43,320 nucleotides of DNA from a virus (IMGVR_UViG_2541047798_000010); one strand, 5' to 3'; positions 17,905-28,170 are shown, numbered from the stretch's first letter. Notes: a model not told the origin generated them from the letters alone. Translations and numbers: made by a program.

Positions 17905-18470
17905 CAGTAACCTCCTATTTTGAATCGGGAGTCAGAATTCATAAAACCTGAGTTAGATAACATTGGCGTGTTTCCTTGCTTACTAATCGGATTGATACTT
18001 CCGCTACCCAACTTATATGCACCGTATGCTTTTAGTGGTGCCGTTAACAAAGTGCTGGTCATCGATGATTTAGCAGCCGACTGAGCAGCAGCCCCCTGTG
18101 CCTGAGCATTCATTCCCTGAACCTGATACCCATATGCCTCACGCTGAGCATTATTCACTGTCGTTAACGCATCAAGAGTGCCGAACTGAGCATTATCCGC
18201 AAAAACGTCAAGAGCTGTTCCGCTACTTAATTCCGCACCGGTAGCCCCCATAGTGGCCGCCGCAGTGCCTGAGCGTTGACGCATTTCACGACGACGCTGA
18301 TCCGCTTCAATATTCCCACGATTGATTGAATCCTGTGCCTGAGCTTCAGCAATTTCAGCATTCCGATCAGCTATGGCTGACTGGTATTTTGCCTGCTTGC
18401 TCTGGCTGTACATTGACGCGGCTGTGGATGCCACTGTGACGGCAACCAAAGCGATGGCTGGGTTACACAT
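17904..18470 (-). CDS. Internal virion protein (T7 gp14-like position), N-terminal membrane anchor
   Basis: 188 aa; hydrophobic N-terminus, Ala/Gln-rich body. Confidence 0.45.
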   Translation of the reverse strand: MCNPAIALVAVTVASTAASMYSQSKQAKYQSAIADRNAEIAEAQAQDSINRGNIEADQRRREMRQRSGTAAATMGATGAELSSGTALDVFADNAQFGTLDALTTVNNAQREAYGYQVQGMNAQAQGAAAQSAAKSSMTSTLLTAPLKAYGAYKLGSGSINPISKQGNTPMLSNSGFMNSDSRFKIGGY

Positions 18471-18934
18471 TATTTTCTCTCCATGTGAAATCTGTGGAAA
18501 TTAAGACCAAGAGCACCATAAGGCGCGGCTTCTTCAAGCCTGAATCCAAGCCAGTGCAGCCATGCTTTGGCAACATGGTTTCGCTCGTCGACATAGTTTT
18601 CCAGGCGCGGATAAACTGCCAGCATCTGCTGCAATACAGGGCGGCAGTGGCGAAGAAATGTCTTCTGATATTTTTCGATACGGCTGGTTCCGACCAGCCA
18701 GGGCGTACCATTGCCACCGATCATTGACGCCGGAGATACGCCAAACATGGTTACCAGTTCTCCGTTCGCAAATCCTGACCAGGCCATAGTCGCAGTACGC
18801 AGACCAACACGCAGCGCATCTTCGGTAGTCATCAGTGATACCGCATACAGTTCGTCAATATCAGCCTGACGAACATCCGGCAAAATCATCTGAAGATGCT
18901 CTTCGGTTGCGGGAATAATTTGAACATCGATCAT
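18470..18934 (-). CDS. Hypothetical virion-module protein
   Basis: 154 aa; translationally coupled (ATGA) to the upstream gene. Confidence 0.4.
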   Translation of the reverse strand: MIDVQIIPATEEHLQMILPDVRQADIDELYAVSLMTTEDALRVGLRTATMAWSGFANGELVTMFGVSPASMIGGNGTPWLVGTSRIEKYQKTFLRHCRPVLQQMLAVYPRLENYVDERNHVAKAWLHWLGFRLEEAAPYGALGLNFHRFHMERK

Positions 18935-21405
18935 CAGAACCCACCAACAGTAAGGCGAGGAATAACGGCAAGAACAGACAGCGGCAACGGATCAAGCTGA
19001 CGGATTTTTACACGTCCGTTTTTGCCCCAGTTACTGTCCAGTTTCACTTCTACTTTTCCGGTAGCATCATCAACAGGATCATCGTAGAACTCGAATTCAC
19101 GCTGTGGATATTCGTACCATTTACCGCCGGGCGTAGTCGCCCAGATGCCGCGACTGGCATTCACAACCAGAGTAACGGAGGGGATCACCTGTTTTTTGTC
19201 CAGCAGCGTTTCCTGTCCGTTAATGTTGATATCCAGTGTTTCGAATTCAGCAGTTATTGGCAGGCCGATGTGCACTACAGCCCCCGGAGATTCCAGCGTG
19301 ACGGCACCTCCGGAAACCACTTTCTGTGGTTCCACGTTCGCATCAGAGAGAATGTTTACGGTCTGGCCTTCAAGATGAGACAGGCCTCCAAATGTCCGGC
19401 GCGCCATCTGCCAGTTCGTGGTGGCCACATTCCTGAGGGATGGCGGGACGTTCCTGTTAGCACGAACCACTACAGCGGTATTGCTGGTTACAGAAATAAT
19501 GTCGCAACGTAATTCTTTTGACACCTCATCGCCAGTATCAGGATCAGTTCCGGTATAAGGGAACTGTAGTTGCGCGCCGACATCACTACTGGTGAAGTAC
19601 GCACCACCAGAAACACTGATTGTATATTCCGCGCGGTAATCCCATTCGCCAGAACCACCAGTGATGGTCATCGTTCTGTCAGACGTATTTCTTCCATCAT
19701 AGCTAAGGCCAGAATCAACAAAGAAAGCATCTTCATCGCTGGTAAATAAACGGCTGGACAGTCGCTCGATGTATCTCACTGTTTGCCCGTTAACGGTTCG
19801 GTTAATGACGAAATACACCGCATCTTCATTGCCTTCGCTGATACTGCATGTGCTTTCATATTTTCCGGTACTGGACTGTGGTGCCCATGCAAAAACCTGT
19901 TGATCACGCAAATAGGTCATCACCAGTAATTTACCGTCATCACGAATGCAGAAGGCGCTGGAGTAAGGGACAATAGAGAAGCACCAGTCAACAATGCTGT
20001 GCTTCTGAAAAAGATGATTGGCAAGGATAGTAAGGTCGTTCCCCTGATAGCCGTCAACATCGAATGAGTAGGCCAGATCACGGACAACACTGCCTTTCTC
20101 CTGGACGAACAGAGCAATATTCGCCACGGCAATTGGTGGGACATTGCTCGAGCCATTTGATCCCTGAGAGCTGAATGCAAATGATGATGGGGTTAACACT
20201 TTGTTCTGGTCGCCGGTGATGACGTACTCACCTCCGGAAGTCAGCGCCACCAGAGAACCAACATCAATCAGGTGGCGGATCTCATTAACCTGACGCCCGG
20301 CATAGGTGTAGATAATTCTGTCGTCATCCTGCGTAGGATTGCTTTTGCCAAAATCCTTATAATCCCCGGTACGGCTGGCCCAGATAGTCTGAGGGAACGC
20401 AGTCGATGCGGCGAAGTAAAGACGCTGTTGATAATAAACAACAGTGCCAGGATAACCATTAACACTGTTCCAGGCATATTTAGCCCATTTATAGCTGGCA
20501 TTATCCTCGCCAACGACCTGCGAAGGGATATAGGAAATCACCTCAGCAGTTGCAGTAGTGCCATTTACAGCAGTTATACTGGCAATGCCAAAACCACTGT
20601 GCAGATACTCCCACTCAATGCCAGTATCATCATCACCGGATCCGCCCCAGCCATCCCATGATGTGCCTTCTGTATGCGAAGGGCGCAAAGTACCTGTTTT
20701 GCCTGCTGTAACGGCGCGATAGTAGTTACTGTCTGCACGGCGAATATCGCCAATCGACGTACTCTTACTGGTTTCCCATACCGGCACAGAATCCACTGCA
20801 GGCTGTTCCAGATAGAACAATTTGCCTACCTGCTCCGCGCCAAAAATAGAGGCGCTTGCCGTTAACGTAATTGTCCCGGTGCTGGCGCTGGCATAAACCG
20901 TCACTGACTCGTCAATATTGATATCTTCAAATGGCCCGTTCTTCGTTACCACATCAACCAGTTGCCAGTTGTCATGCGCATAGCGACGCAACTCTTTCGG
21001 CGGGTATGCCGGATGAACCAGCGTAAGCACGTCGGCGCTTTGCGTGAATTTAATTCGGAACAGATCGGCTTCAGTATATGGCGTGGCAATTTCATAAATA
21101 ACATTGCTGCTGTTCAGCACCAACGCACCATCTTTGATAACGCGCATGTACTGGTGTCCGAACTCCAGAGCATAGGTCTGAACCGTCGAGAACTGGAACG
21201 GGATCAGGCGGCATTTCCGATTTGGGTATTTGGCGGCACCGACAAAACGCGTACCAGGTCGATTCTCAACGCCGCCATACTGCCGCACGATAAAGTTATC
21301 GCACTTGCGCAATGCCACCTGGTACTTCGCCATGTCAATACGCCCGTACAACGACGGTCCAATCTCACCACCGGCAAAGCTGGGCTGGATCCAACTGATA
21401 GCCAT
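18934..21405 (-). CDS. Tail tubular protein B-like (nozzle), T7 gp12-like size and position
   Basis: 823 aa; follows a 202-aa gp11-sized protein; ATG 21405. Confidence 0.5.
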   Translation of the reverse strand: MAISWIQPSFAGGEIGPSLYGRIDMAKYQVALRKCDNFIVRQYGGVENRPGTRFVGAAKYPNRKCRLIPFQFSTVQTYALEFGHQYMRVIKDGALVLNSSNVIYEIATPYTEADLFRIKFTQSADVLTLVHPAYPPKELRRYAHDNWQLVDVVTKNGPFEDINIDESVTVYASASTGTITLTASASIFGAEQVGKLFYLEQPAVDSVPVWETSKSTSIGDIRRADSNYYRAVTAGKTGTLRPSHTEGTSWDGWGGSGDDDTGIEWEYLHSGFGIASITAVNGTTATAEVISYIPSQVVGEDNASYKWAKYAWNSVNGYPGTVVYYQQRLYFAASTAFPQTIWASRTGDYKDFGKSNPTQDDDRIIYTYAGRQVNEIRHLIDVGSLVALTSGGEYVITGDQNKVLTPSSFAFSSQGSNGSSNVPPIAVANIALFVQEKGSVVRDLAYSFDVDGYQGNDLTILANHLFQKHSIVDWCFSIVPYSSAFCIRDDGKLLVMTYLRDQQVFAWAPQSSTGKYESTCSISEGNEDAVYFVINRTVNGQTVRYIERLSSRLFTSDEDAFFVDSGLSYDGRNTSDRTMTITGGSGEWDYRAEYTISVSGGAYFTSSDVGAQLQFPYTGTDPDTGDEVSKELRCDIISVTSNTAVVVRANRNVPPSLRNVATTNWQMARRTFGGLSHLEGQTVNILSDANVEPQKVVSGGAVTLESPGAVVHIGLPITAEFETLDININGQETLLDKKQVIPSVTLVVNASRGIWATTPGGKWYEYPQREFEFYDDPVDDATGKVEVKLDSNWGKNGRVKIRQLDPLPLSVLAVIPRLTVGGF

Positions 21406-22010
21406 CAGGACAACCTCGCAATGGTAAACTCATCAACCGGTGGCTGTGGTTCCTGTGATTCATTCTGGCTATGCGAGCCAGCACTAAGAATCACGCGATT
21501 GTACATATTGAGGGCAAACGTACCGAGGTCTGCATTCCCAGTCAGCGCCATGTTAATAGCTGCCGCAAGACGCCAGGCCAACGCCTCCATAAAAATGGCA
21601 TCAAACATGTTCACATCTGAAACGCGAGAGACATACTTGAGCCATGCCTGCGGCTGGTCTGTGTAGATCAACTTTCCTGTTCCGTTGGTGTCTGCACCAA
21701 CTTCGTACTGAACGCGCATTGCTGCTGTTGGATTGCGTACACCAGGAAGCATAATTTCAGTAATGCGCAGACAATCGGACGGGTACTGGTACGCATATTC
21801 CCAGTCAGGCGGTGGATTGTTCGTATCTGCAAGCGCCACGCGTTTGGTAGCAAAGTTCCAGTCAAAATCAGAAAGCACAGCATCACGGCAGGCCTCAAAG
21901 TGCAGCGAACATTCCCCTGCTTCCTTGCTGGCTTCCGTCAGGCTGTTAATGCTGCGGCTGTTGCCAATATTGGACAGCGCACGATTACAGATCTCTACTA
22001 CAGAGGCCAT
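21405..22010 (-). CDS. Tail tubular protein A-like / adaptor (T7 gp11-like size and position)
   Basis: 201 aa from ATG 22010 (track ORF begins one codon earlier at GTG); ATGA coupling with upstream gene. Confidence 0.45.
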   Translation of the reverse strand: MASVVEICNRALSNIGNSRSINSLTEASKEAGECSLHFEACRDAVLSDFDWNFATKRVALADTNNPPPDWEYAYQYPSDCLRITEIMLPGVRNPTAAMRVQYEVGADTNGTGKLIYTDQPQAWLKYVSRVSDVNMFDAIFMEALAWRLAAAINMALTGNADLGTFALNMYNRVILSAGSHSQNESQEPQPPVDEFTIARLS

Positions 22011-22333
22011 CACTCCCCCCCGTTACCGTAGAGGGTTTCAGCCGCTGATTTTTCTACATCACCGGAAACAGGAGCGATTGCCATATCAGTGATCTGCAGA
22101 TCGGCGCTGCGATTAACACCATCGTCAGTTTCTCTGGCAGACAGGCCTCGAATAACAGCCTTTGCAGTTATCATCACTTCTGTTCCGACGCCCTGAGGTT
22201 GCGCCTTCAGCTTATTCAATGTGTCGTTATTAAGAGTGATGCACAGCCCCCACGGGTATTCATCGCAAGTTCTGGTTTCTCCGCTCTCATCCTGGTAGCT
22301 GTCAGTGCCGGTTTTGAGGTTTACGAGTTCCAT
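22010..22333 (-). CDS. Hypothetical head/neck protein
   Basis: 107 aa from ATG 22333 (RBS AGGAG 8 nt upstream). Confidence 0.45.
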   Translation of the reverse strand: MELVNLKTGTDSYQDESGETRTCDEYPWGLCITLNNDTLNKLKAQPQGVGTEVMITAKAVIRGLSARETDDGVNRSADLQITDMAIAPVSGDVEKSAAETLYGNGGE

Positions 22334-22383
22334 ATACACTCCTGCAATAAAGGGGCCGAAGCCCCTTGTCGGATTCGCGAGGC

Positions 22384-22719
22384 TTACACGCCCAGTTCTT
22401 TACGCTTATCTGCGATCTTCTCGCGGAGCGTTTCGGCTTTAGCGTTATGGTGTGGCTTCTCGTTAAAGAGCAATTCGTACTCTTCACGGAGCTTATCCAG
22501 TTCACCATCATCTGACACATCATTGATGATTTTGGTGCTGGTTGCTGCCATTGACACCTTTCCTGCAACTTTTGCTTTTGCCTGTCTGGCTGCATCGTTA
22601 ACAGGTTCCAGTGCGCTACCAGGCTCACCTTCGTATTCGATTTCTGCCCCCTCCGGCCACAGAGTGTTATGGATATGAGAGAGGCGCAGAACGAGGTATC
22701 TTGGTTTCTCACCTGACAT
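22384..22719 (-). CDS. Hypothetical head/neck protein
   Basis: 111 aa from ATG 22719 (RBS AAGGTGA 6 nt upstream). Confidence 0.45.
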   Translation of the reverse strand: MSGEKPRYLVLRLSHIHNTLWPEGAEIEYEGEPGSALEPVNDAARQAKAKVAGKVSMAATSTKIINDVSDDGELDKLREEYELLFNEKPHHNAKAETLREKIADKRKELGV

Positions 22720-22729
22720 CGATATCACC

Positions 22730-23167
22730 TTAACCAGTTACTTTTGAGCGGATCGGATACGGCGTATTGGCATCAACATCAAGACTGATACCAGCAGTGA
22801 ATTCGCCAGCCGTTAGTGGGCCAGTTGCGACGGAGTAGTTAACACGCAGATATCGCTGAACACCGGCAGGCACCTTTGCAGAAACAACTCGTTTACCTGC
22901 TGTCAGGGCGGTCTTTGCCAGTGCGCCACTATCATAAATAGTGGTCCATGAGCTGTTATTTTCACTCGTCTGCAACTGGATGTTTACAGTTGCATCACCG
23001 CTTGCCGCGGCGGCTGTGTTAACCAGCGCCCAAAACTCAAGCGGGTAACCAACGCCGATATCACGACGTTTTCCGTCAATTGGACCGAGATCGATTACGT
23101 CAGTAGAAGCCGCGGTATCAGTTACCGCCTGAGCTTCGGAGAACATCAACAGTTTGTCGGTGATCAT
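22730..23167 (-). CDS. Putative capsid decoration/stabilisation protein
   Basis: 145 aa; RBS GGAG; immediately downstream of the major capsid gene; Thr/Ser/Ala-rich beta-type composition. Confidence 0.4.
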   Translation of the reverse strand: MITDKLLMFSEAQAVTDTAASTDVIDLGPIDGKRRDIGVGYPLEFWALVNTAAAASGDATVNIQLQTSENNSSWTTIYDSGALAKTALTAGKRVVSAKVPAGVQRYLRVNYSVATGPLTAGEFTAGISLDVDANTPYPIRSKVTG

Positions 23168-23218
23168 CTTCTTTCTCCATTAGTGGGTCTGTTACGACCC
23201 ACAGGTTAATAACAGGCG

Positions 23219-24211
23219 TTACACCACGCGGGCTTCTGTTTCCAGAAGCGCATCAGTTTCACGGATTGGTACACCACGGAATGAAGTCCACCACTCGCCT
23301 TCTGTCTCTTTTACGCTGATCGCCAGAGATGTTTTCTCCAGAGATTGCAGATCAAGAGCCTGTCCTACAGTGCGGTTCATGTAGAACACCGGGCGACCCA
23401 TGCCACGATTTGGAATGCGATGCAGTGCTTTAACCATCAACTTCGCAATATTTGCGGCAGAGGAAGGTTCTGAAAGATTGCTGACATCGATGTTTGCAAT
23501 GCGAACAACATAACGCCAGTCACGCAGAGCAAGTCCGTTGTCCCATTTGTAATGGGTACGGTAGCCTTCGTACTTGCCGCCATTAGCATCTTCCAGTGTC
23601 ACCTGGCCTTTATCTTCCATCTGAATGCCAGCCTTCTGCCCTTTCGGGAAGATGCCATGCACGGTGTTTTCGCCCCACACCACTAACCAGATTGAGGTGT
23701 TATCTGTACCCGTGCCACCAGCATCAATGATGTTCTGAGCATTACCTGCAGACAGGCTGGAATAGCGGGAGGACAGTCCCATAAACTGCTGAGGGTTAAC
23801 GCTGGAATCACCATAAAACAGCGTCTGCGCCATCTGCTGATTCATCGCTTCAATAAATGCGCGGTCTTCAGACAGGCGGAATTCGGCGGTATTGCCGTTC
23901 AGATCAGCCAGTGACTTATCGACTTCAGCATAGGTTTCCAGCATGCCAACGGAATCGGTTACCTGCACTGTGGTTGATTTGCTTGGCTGTACGCCATAGT
24001 TCAGCAAACGCCAGGTAGCTGAAGGTAAACCAGAACGAATGGTGGTTCGGTGTCCGGTAGGAAGGTTCCCTTCGACAAAAGGCATATCCTGAAGGATCGG
24101 GTTAGTTTGACCGAGAAGCTCGATAATCTTATCGACTTTCCCGTTTGGATCGACGCGCTTACCCCAGTCAGCCAGCGTTAGCGCAGTTAAGCCTTTAACA
24201 GCCATTGTCAT
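23219..24211 (-). CDS. Major capsid protein
   Basis: 330 aa; RBS GAGAGG; position between scaffold and decoration genes; size typical of HK97-fold capsid proteins. Confidence 0.75.
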   Translation of the reverse strand: MTMAVKGLTALTLADWGKRVDPNGKVDKIIELLGQTNPILQDMPFVEGNLPTGHRTTIRSGLPSATWRLLNYGVQPSKSTTVQVTDSVGMLETYAEVDKSLADLNGNTAEFRLSEDRAFIEAMNQQMAQTLFYGDSSVNPQQFMGLSSRYSSLSAGNAQNIIDAGGTGTDNTSIWLVVWGENTVHGIFPKGQKAGIQMEDKGQVTLEDANGGKYEGYRTHYKWDNGLALRDWRYVVRIANIDVSNLSEPSSAANIAKLMVKALHRIPNRGMGRPVFYMNRTVGQALDLQSLEKTSLAISVKETEGEWWTSFRGVPIRETDALLETEARVV

Positions 24212-24219
24212 TTCCTCTC

Positions 24220-24915
24220 TTATTTGCCATAGAGCACTTCGGCCGCACTACGCTGGCCTTCATTACCACCGGTGACCATGCCATCTTCAGACATCGCCTT
24301 TCCGATTTTCACGAACGTTTTGACCAGATCAGGGTGATTACCCAGCCCGGTGGTGTTCAGATATTCTTTGAGTTCAGGTGTCCCGAACTGGTCAAGCGCA
24401 CGCTGTGCGGCGCTAAGGTTAGAAATCAACTTGTCGCCACCGATTTCTTTGTCAGCTTTTACATCAGCAGCCCACTGCTCGGTTGTTTTCTGCCAGGCTT
24501 CTGCCTGGCGCTGCTGCACACCTGCCAGAATCTTCGGATAAGCATCAACCAGCTTTTGCGCTTGCTCGTTGGTCAGGTTAAGTTCTCGCGCCACCGGCTC
24601 GAACTCCTTCAGCGCTTCTGTATCCAGCTCTACGCCTTCGGCAGCCTGAAACTCGTACTTCTCAGGCGCACCCTCTGGTTTATCGCCGTCCTTTTTTTCA
24701 TCCTGCTTATCGTTTTCAGGATTTTTGTCATCAGCAGGTTTATCGCCATCAGCAACAGGTTGTGGCTTATCACCTTCCTGTTGTGATGGATCACCAACTG
24801 GAGCAGGGTTATCACCTGCAGGCGCTGACGGTTCTGACGCAGCCGGAGCTGCTCCACCATCGACTGGTTGCTCATTGCAAAGACGGCGATACAGCAAACG
24901 CTCAAATAAATTCAT
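24220..24915 (-). CDS. Scaffolding protein
   Basis: 231 aa from ATG 24915 (RBS AGGAG); acidic, Pro/Asp/Lys-rich N-terminus and helical C-terminus; between portal and capsid. Confidence 0.55.
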   Translation of the reverse strand: MNLFERLLYRRLCNEQPVDGGAAPAASEPSAPAGDNPAPVGDPSQQEGDKPQPVADGDKPADDKNPENDKQDEKKDGDKPEGAPEKYEFQAAEGVELDTEALKEFEPVARELNLTNEQAQKLVDAYPKILAGVQQRQAEAWQKTTEQWAADVKADKEIGGDKLISNLSAAQRALDQFGTPELKEYLNTTGLGNHPDLVKTFVKIGKAMSEDGMVTGGNEGQRSAAEVLYGK

Positions 24916-24917
24916 GA

Positions 24918-25214
24918 TCACTCCTGTTCACTGGCCTCTTTGGCCATCTTCAAATACTGTTCAGGGCAATGCGCCATAACGCGCTGAAACAGTTCCAGCG
25001 CCAGATTGCGTTGCCCCTCATTAAATGCCATTGCCATAGCGTCCATCGGTGAGATAGCGGAAAACACACGGCCTTTCTCCAGCACCGACCAGACAACGCG
25101 ACGCCCCTGTTCACTGCTCATGACAAAGCGAATGTCATCAATTTCACGCTGCGCCATGTCACGTTGCTTACGGGCGTTTTCTTCTTTCAGTTGTTCGTCT
25201 TCGTAATCTGTCAT
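24918..25214 (-). CDS. Small hypothetical protein between portal and scaffold
   Basis: 98 aa; ATG 25214 overlaps the portal stop. Confidence 0.45.
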   Translation of the reverse strand: MTDYEDEQLKEENARKQRDMAQREIDDIRFVMSSEQGRRVVWSVLEKGRVFSAISPMDAMAMAFNEGQRNLALELFQRVMAHCPEQYLKMAKEASEQE

Positions 25215-26890
25215 TGTGATTGCCCACCCTGACCACTAACTGCATTCGCCATAGCTGACAAAACACTCGGATCCGAAGTTTTAGCTTCGCTTAGCGTCTT
25301 GGCACCCTGTGCCGCCGCCATCCCCATCGCCATCATTTGTTGCTGCTGTTGCTGCTGTGCCCGTTGCTGGCGAGCCTGCTCAACCTGTTCCTGCGGAACA
25401 ATGACGGTTGGAGACACTCCGGACATATCAGCGAATGCATCGATCGCTTGATCAACGTTGAGTTTGTCGAGAGCTTCTGGTTTCGCTTGCGCAAGTTGAC
25501 CAATGAAGTTAACCGTGGACGCCAGACTGGACAGGCCGATAGACTTCTGCGCCTGAGCCATGACGGAAATGTATTCGACCTTCAGGGGCATGCCTTCCAT
25601 CGCGTCAGGCGGTGGCGGCAGCATGTTTTTACGCACCATCATCGAGAAAGCGCGGTCAATGAGAGGATTAAGACATTCGTCGTTCAGACGCTCCAGAACC
25701 GGCCCCAACATCAGAAGTTTTTCTTCTTTCATTTCGATCACCGCTTCAACAGGCATCGAGCGGGTATTGATGTTCTGCAACATCATGAACAGATCGACAA
25801 AGTAGGCGCTGTTAATGATTTGACGAGTGTCCTGAATGTCTGCCACCAAATCTGCTGTACTGGGGTTAACCAGATAAGCAGGCCTGAAGCCATCCTGACC
25901 AGTAATCTGATCGATATACGTGATGTCGCCAGGAAGAAGGGAGGCGCGCTGATTCTTGAGGGAAGTCGGAGCAACCATCGGCGGATTGGTGGCTTTATCA
26001 ATCAACTGCGACTTGCGCTTCTGAAGAAGCTGCAATGCCTTAACAGCTCCAAGCGCCAGCATACCCGGGCATGATGATCCATAAACATCTTCGCCGTTAA
26101 CTTCCCAGCGCGGAGCCATAATTGGAAACTCATCGAATCCGGACTCACGCAACAACTTGTCGTTATCGCCACCAACCTCGTAATAAACCGATTTGAATGG
26201 CTTGTTCTTGCTATCCAGCTTCGATGTATCGCGGTCAATGTTCGGGTAAACCGAATGCATCACTTCAATCCACTTCTCGTAGGTGCCGCTTTCCCACATG
26301 CTTTTTACGGATTCGCTGACGTTATTTAGCCCGAACTCCTGAACAAGCTGACGAACAGTCATAGAGAACTTGCGGAAACAGGTGTCCACACTGCCACGAG
26401 GTGAGTTAGCCAGGTAGTAACTGCCTATCGGGAATGGCATTGTGCGAATGATGTCCTCGTCATCCTCCAGCACCGCCATTGCACCAGTGCTGTATGTGCC
26501 GAGGCTTCCGTATAACTGCGGAAGAGACTGGTAGAGATTCGACTTATTGAACATATCGTTCATGCGGTTCTGCACCGCCTCAAGCCACAACTTAACAGGG
26601 CCATAATCCATCATTTCAGGATCTGGCGTAGCCAGGCGAAACCACGGACGCGCGGGGCTTGTGATGCCTGACATCATGCCGCTGGCGAGAGTGCGCGCCG
26701 CCATAGTCCCGGTCGAATCAATAATGCGTGTATTGCGTCGATCGTTACGGTTGACCTCAGAAGTCAGAAAGCGGGAACCACGCGGGTTGATGTAATCACT
26801 CAACTCGCGCCAGTGCGGCTCGAACGACTGACGCTCGCTTTCAAGTTGTGCGAACTGTTTGTTCAATCGCTCTTTAGTTGTTTCCGCCAT
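25211..26890 (-). CDS. Portal (head-to-tail connector) protein
   Basis: 559 aa; RBS GGAG; first large gene of the head module; Gln-rich C-terminal tail. Confidence 0.75.
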   Translation of the reverse strand: MAETTKERLNKQFAQLESERQSFEPHWRELSDYINPRGSRFLTSEVNRNDRRNTRIIDSTGTMAARTLASGMMSGITSPARPWFRLATPDPEMMDYGPVKLWLEAVQNRMNDMFNKSNLYQSLPQLYGSLGTYSTGAMAVLEDDEDIIRTMPFPIGSYYLANSPRGSVDTCFRKFSMTVRQLVQEFGLNNVSESVKSMWESGTYEKWIEVMHSVYPNIDRDTSKLDSKNKPFKSVYYEVGGDNDKLLRESGFDEFPIMAPRWEVNGEDVYGSSCPGMLALGAVKALQLLQKRKSQLIDKATNPPMVAPTSLKNQRASLLPGDITYIDQITGQDGFRPAYLVNPSTADLVADIQDTRQIINSAYFVDLFMMLQNINTRSMPVEAVIEMKEEKLLMLGPVLERLNDECLNPLIDRAFSMMVRKNMLPPPPDAMEGMPLKVEYISVMAQAQKSIGLSSLASTVNFIGQLAQAKPEALDKLNVDQAIDAFADMSGVSPTVIVPQEQVEQARQQRAQQQQQQQMMAMGMAAAQGAKTLSEAKTSDPSVLSAMANAVSGQGGQSQ

Positions 26891-26904
26891 TTCAATGACT
26901 CCGG

Positions 26905-27111
26905 TTACTGACCAAGCAGCGTTTTACCGCTGGTATTAGCGGTTGATGTGTCGCCCTGAGAACCGGTAAGCAGCGTAGAACTACGACCAGCAGCAGCGCG
27001 ACGGCGACGAGTTTCTTCGTCGCGGGCATCAACAACGGCGGCATCCTGCTCCTGTGGTGCTGCCTGAACTTCTGGTGTTGCAGGCACTGATGGTGAGCTA
27101 CCCATGCACAT
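26905..27111 (-). CDS. Small Ala/Gln-rich protein, first ORF of the late operon; weak call
   Basis: 68 aa; RBS GGAG 8 nt upstream of ATG 27111; low-complexity sequence. Confidence 0.35.
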   Translation of the reverse strand: MCMGSSPSVPATPEVQAAPQEQDAAVVDARDEETRRRRAAAGRSSTLLTGSQGDTSTANTSGKTLLGQ

Positions 27112-27149
27112 ATCAATGACTCCGTACGCAATTAAATTATTACCAATTT

Positions 27150-27163
27150 AACCACATATGATT
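27150..27163. promoter_or_regulatory. Degenerate AACCA-N4-TG motif upstream of the late (portal) operon, 38 bp from an operator-type site
   Basis: AACCACATATGATT; compare AACCACATATGGAT at 6569-6582 upstream of the tailspike. Confidence 0.3.
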
Positions 27164-27201
27164 TATTTATCGTAGATAGTTGACATTTAACGCACTAATT
27201 A

Positions 27202-27216
27202 TTACCTTTCAGGTAA
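27202..27216. promoter_or_regulatory. Operator-type palindrome TTACC-N5-GGTAA upstream of the late operon
   Basis: TTACCTTTCAGGTAA; TTGACA hexamer at 27180-27185. Confidence 0.6.
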
Positions 27217-27239
27217 GCAAAGAGTTCATTCCGGTTATT

Positions 27240-27538
27240 AACCTGACTGGCTTGTCGTTAAATTGAACAGGTGGGGTGAGCTTTTATTTTGAGCAGTACG
27301 GTGTATGGCACATGCGCCGATAGCGGTCTGGATACGTTTAAGGGGCACCCTCCCTTGCTCGGGCAAACGAACCAGGTAGCCGGAATGTGCAAGTCGAGCG
27401 GTTTTATTCCGCGCACGGGGATTCACCATCCCGGCGATTCGGTGTGACGCCTCGGAAGAGACGAGGGTACAACGATGAGAGCATTTATGGAGCCGCGACA
27501 AAGTGTGGTGCCTTAACAGGCTAAGTGCTCTCAGCGTT
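27240..27538 (+). other. About 300-bp non-coding, stem-loop-rich segment upstream of the tRNA; possible leader or uncharacterised structured RNA
   Basis: No plausible ORF on either strand; several GC-rich stem-loops (for example GGGGAT/ATCCC, CCTCG/CGAGG, GCACAT/ATGTGC). Confidence 0.25.
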
Positions 27539-27615
27539 GTGGCATTAGCTCAGTTGGACAGAGCAACCGCCTTCTAAGCGGTTGGTCGCAGGTTCGAATC
27601 CTGCATGCCACGCCA
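27539..27615 (+). tRNA. tRNA-Arg (anticodon UCU, reads AGA), phage-encoded
   Basis: 77-nt cloverleaf: acceptor GTGGCAT/ATGCCAC, D-stem GCTC/GAGC, anticodon stem ACCGC/GCGGT with loop CTTCTAA, T-arm GCAGG-TTCGAAT-CCTGC, discriminator G and encoded CCA; differs from host argU. Confidence 0.9.
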
Positions 27616-27658
27616 GAATCACGCCTAAGGACCGTGATGCCAGAAGTTCCAGGGGCTT

Positions 27659-27701
27659 GGCGGTGATGGTTTCCCTTGAAGGACTATCACCGCCCTTTTT
27701 A
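27659..27701 (+). terminator. Rho-independent terminator downstream of the tRNA
   Basis: 9-bp stem GGCGGTGAT/ATCACCGCC followed by CTTTTT. Confidence 0.65.
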
Positions 27702-27778
27702 CAGCAGGACGCCATTGCGATGGCTTCATGCTGTAAACCAGTACAGCCACGGAAGGCATAACTCATTGCTTCCAGTTC

Positions 27779-27802
27779 GCCCGGTTCGCCGGGCATTTTT
27801 TT
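27779..27802 (+). terminator. Second hairpin plus U-tract immediately before the RBS of the next gene (terminator or attenuator)
   Basis: GCCCGG-TTCG-CCGGGC followed by ATTTTTTT, then AAGGTGA RBS and ATG 27814. Confidence 0.5.
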
Positions 27803-27813
27803 AAGGTGAGATT

Positions 27814-28170
27814 ATGAACGACCAGCAAATCGAAAAAGAAATCGCTGAGAAAGGCAAAACGGCACCGCGAGTTACGCCCCAATATATCGAAAGCATCATT
27901 CTTGAAGAGCATTTCTTTACTGCTTATGACGGCATTCGTGCTGCCAATATGGGCGTTGGCGATTCATGGACAGCGCATAAATCTACAGACCTCCTGACTT
28001 TCTGCGTACTGGTGCTGAAGAATGGCTTCACCGTCACCGGAGAGAGCGCCTGTGCAAGCCCGGAAAACTTTGATGCAGAAATTGGTCGGAAGATTGCCCG
28101 GCAGAATGCTGTAAACAAAATCTGGATGCTTGAAGGTTACTTGCTGAAGCAGAAGTTAAGCGAGCAATAA
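27814..28170 (+). CDS. Small phage protein, probably N4 Gp49 / Sf6 gp66-like family; plus-strand moron between terminase and portal
   Basis: 118 aa; RBS AAGGTGA; N-terminus MNDQQIEKEIAEKGKTAPRVT matches a widespread prophage protein family (assignment from memory). Confidence 0.5.
   Translation: MNDQQIEKEIAEKGKTAPRVTPQYIESIILEEHFFTAYDGIRAANMGVGDSWTAHKSTDLLTFCVLVLKNGFTVTGESACASPENFDAEIGRKIARQNAVNKIWMLEGYLLKQKLSEQ

Noticed and set aside
20962-21666. 234-aa plus-strand ORF (and similar at 25337-26074) within the tail and portal genes
   Set aside because: Antisense to long, contiguous, translationally coupled structural genes; no start signals
27238-27501. 87-aa minus-strand ORF upstream of the tRNA
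   Set aside because: No RBS, runs through a stem-loop-rich region; the region is more plausibly non-coding
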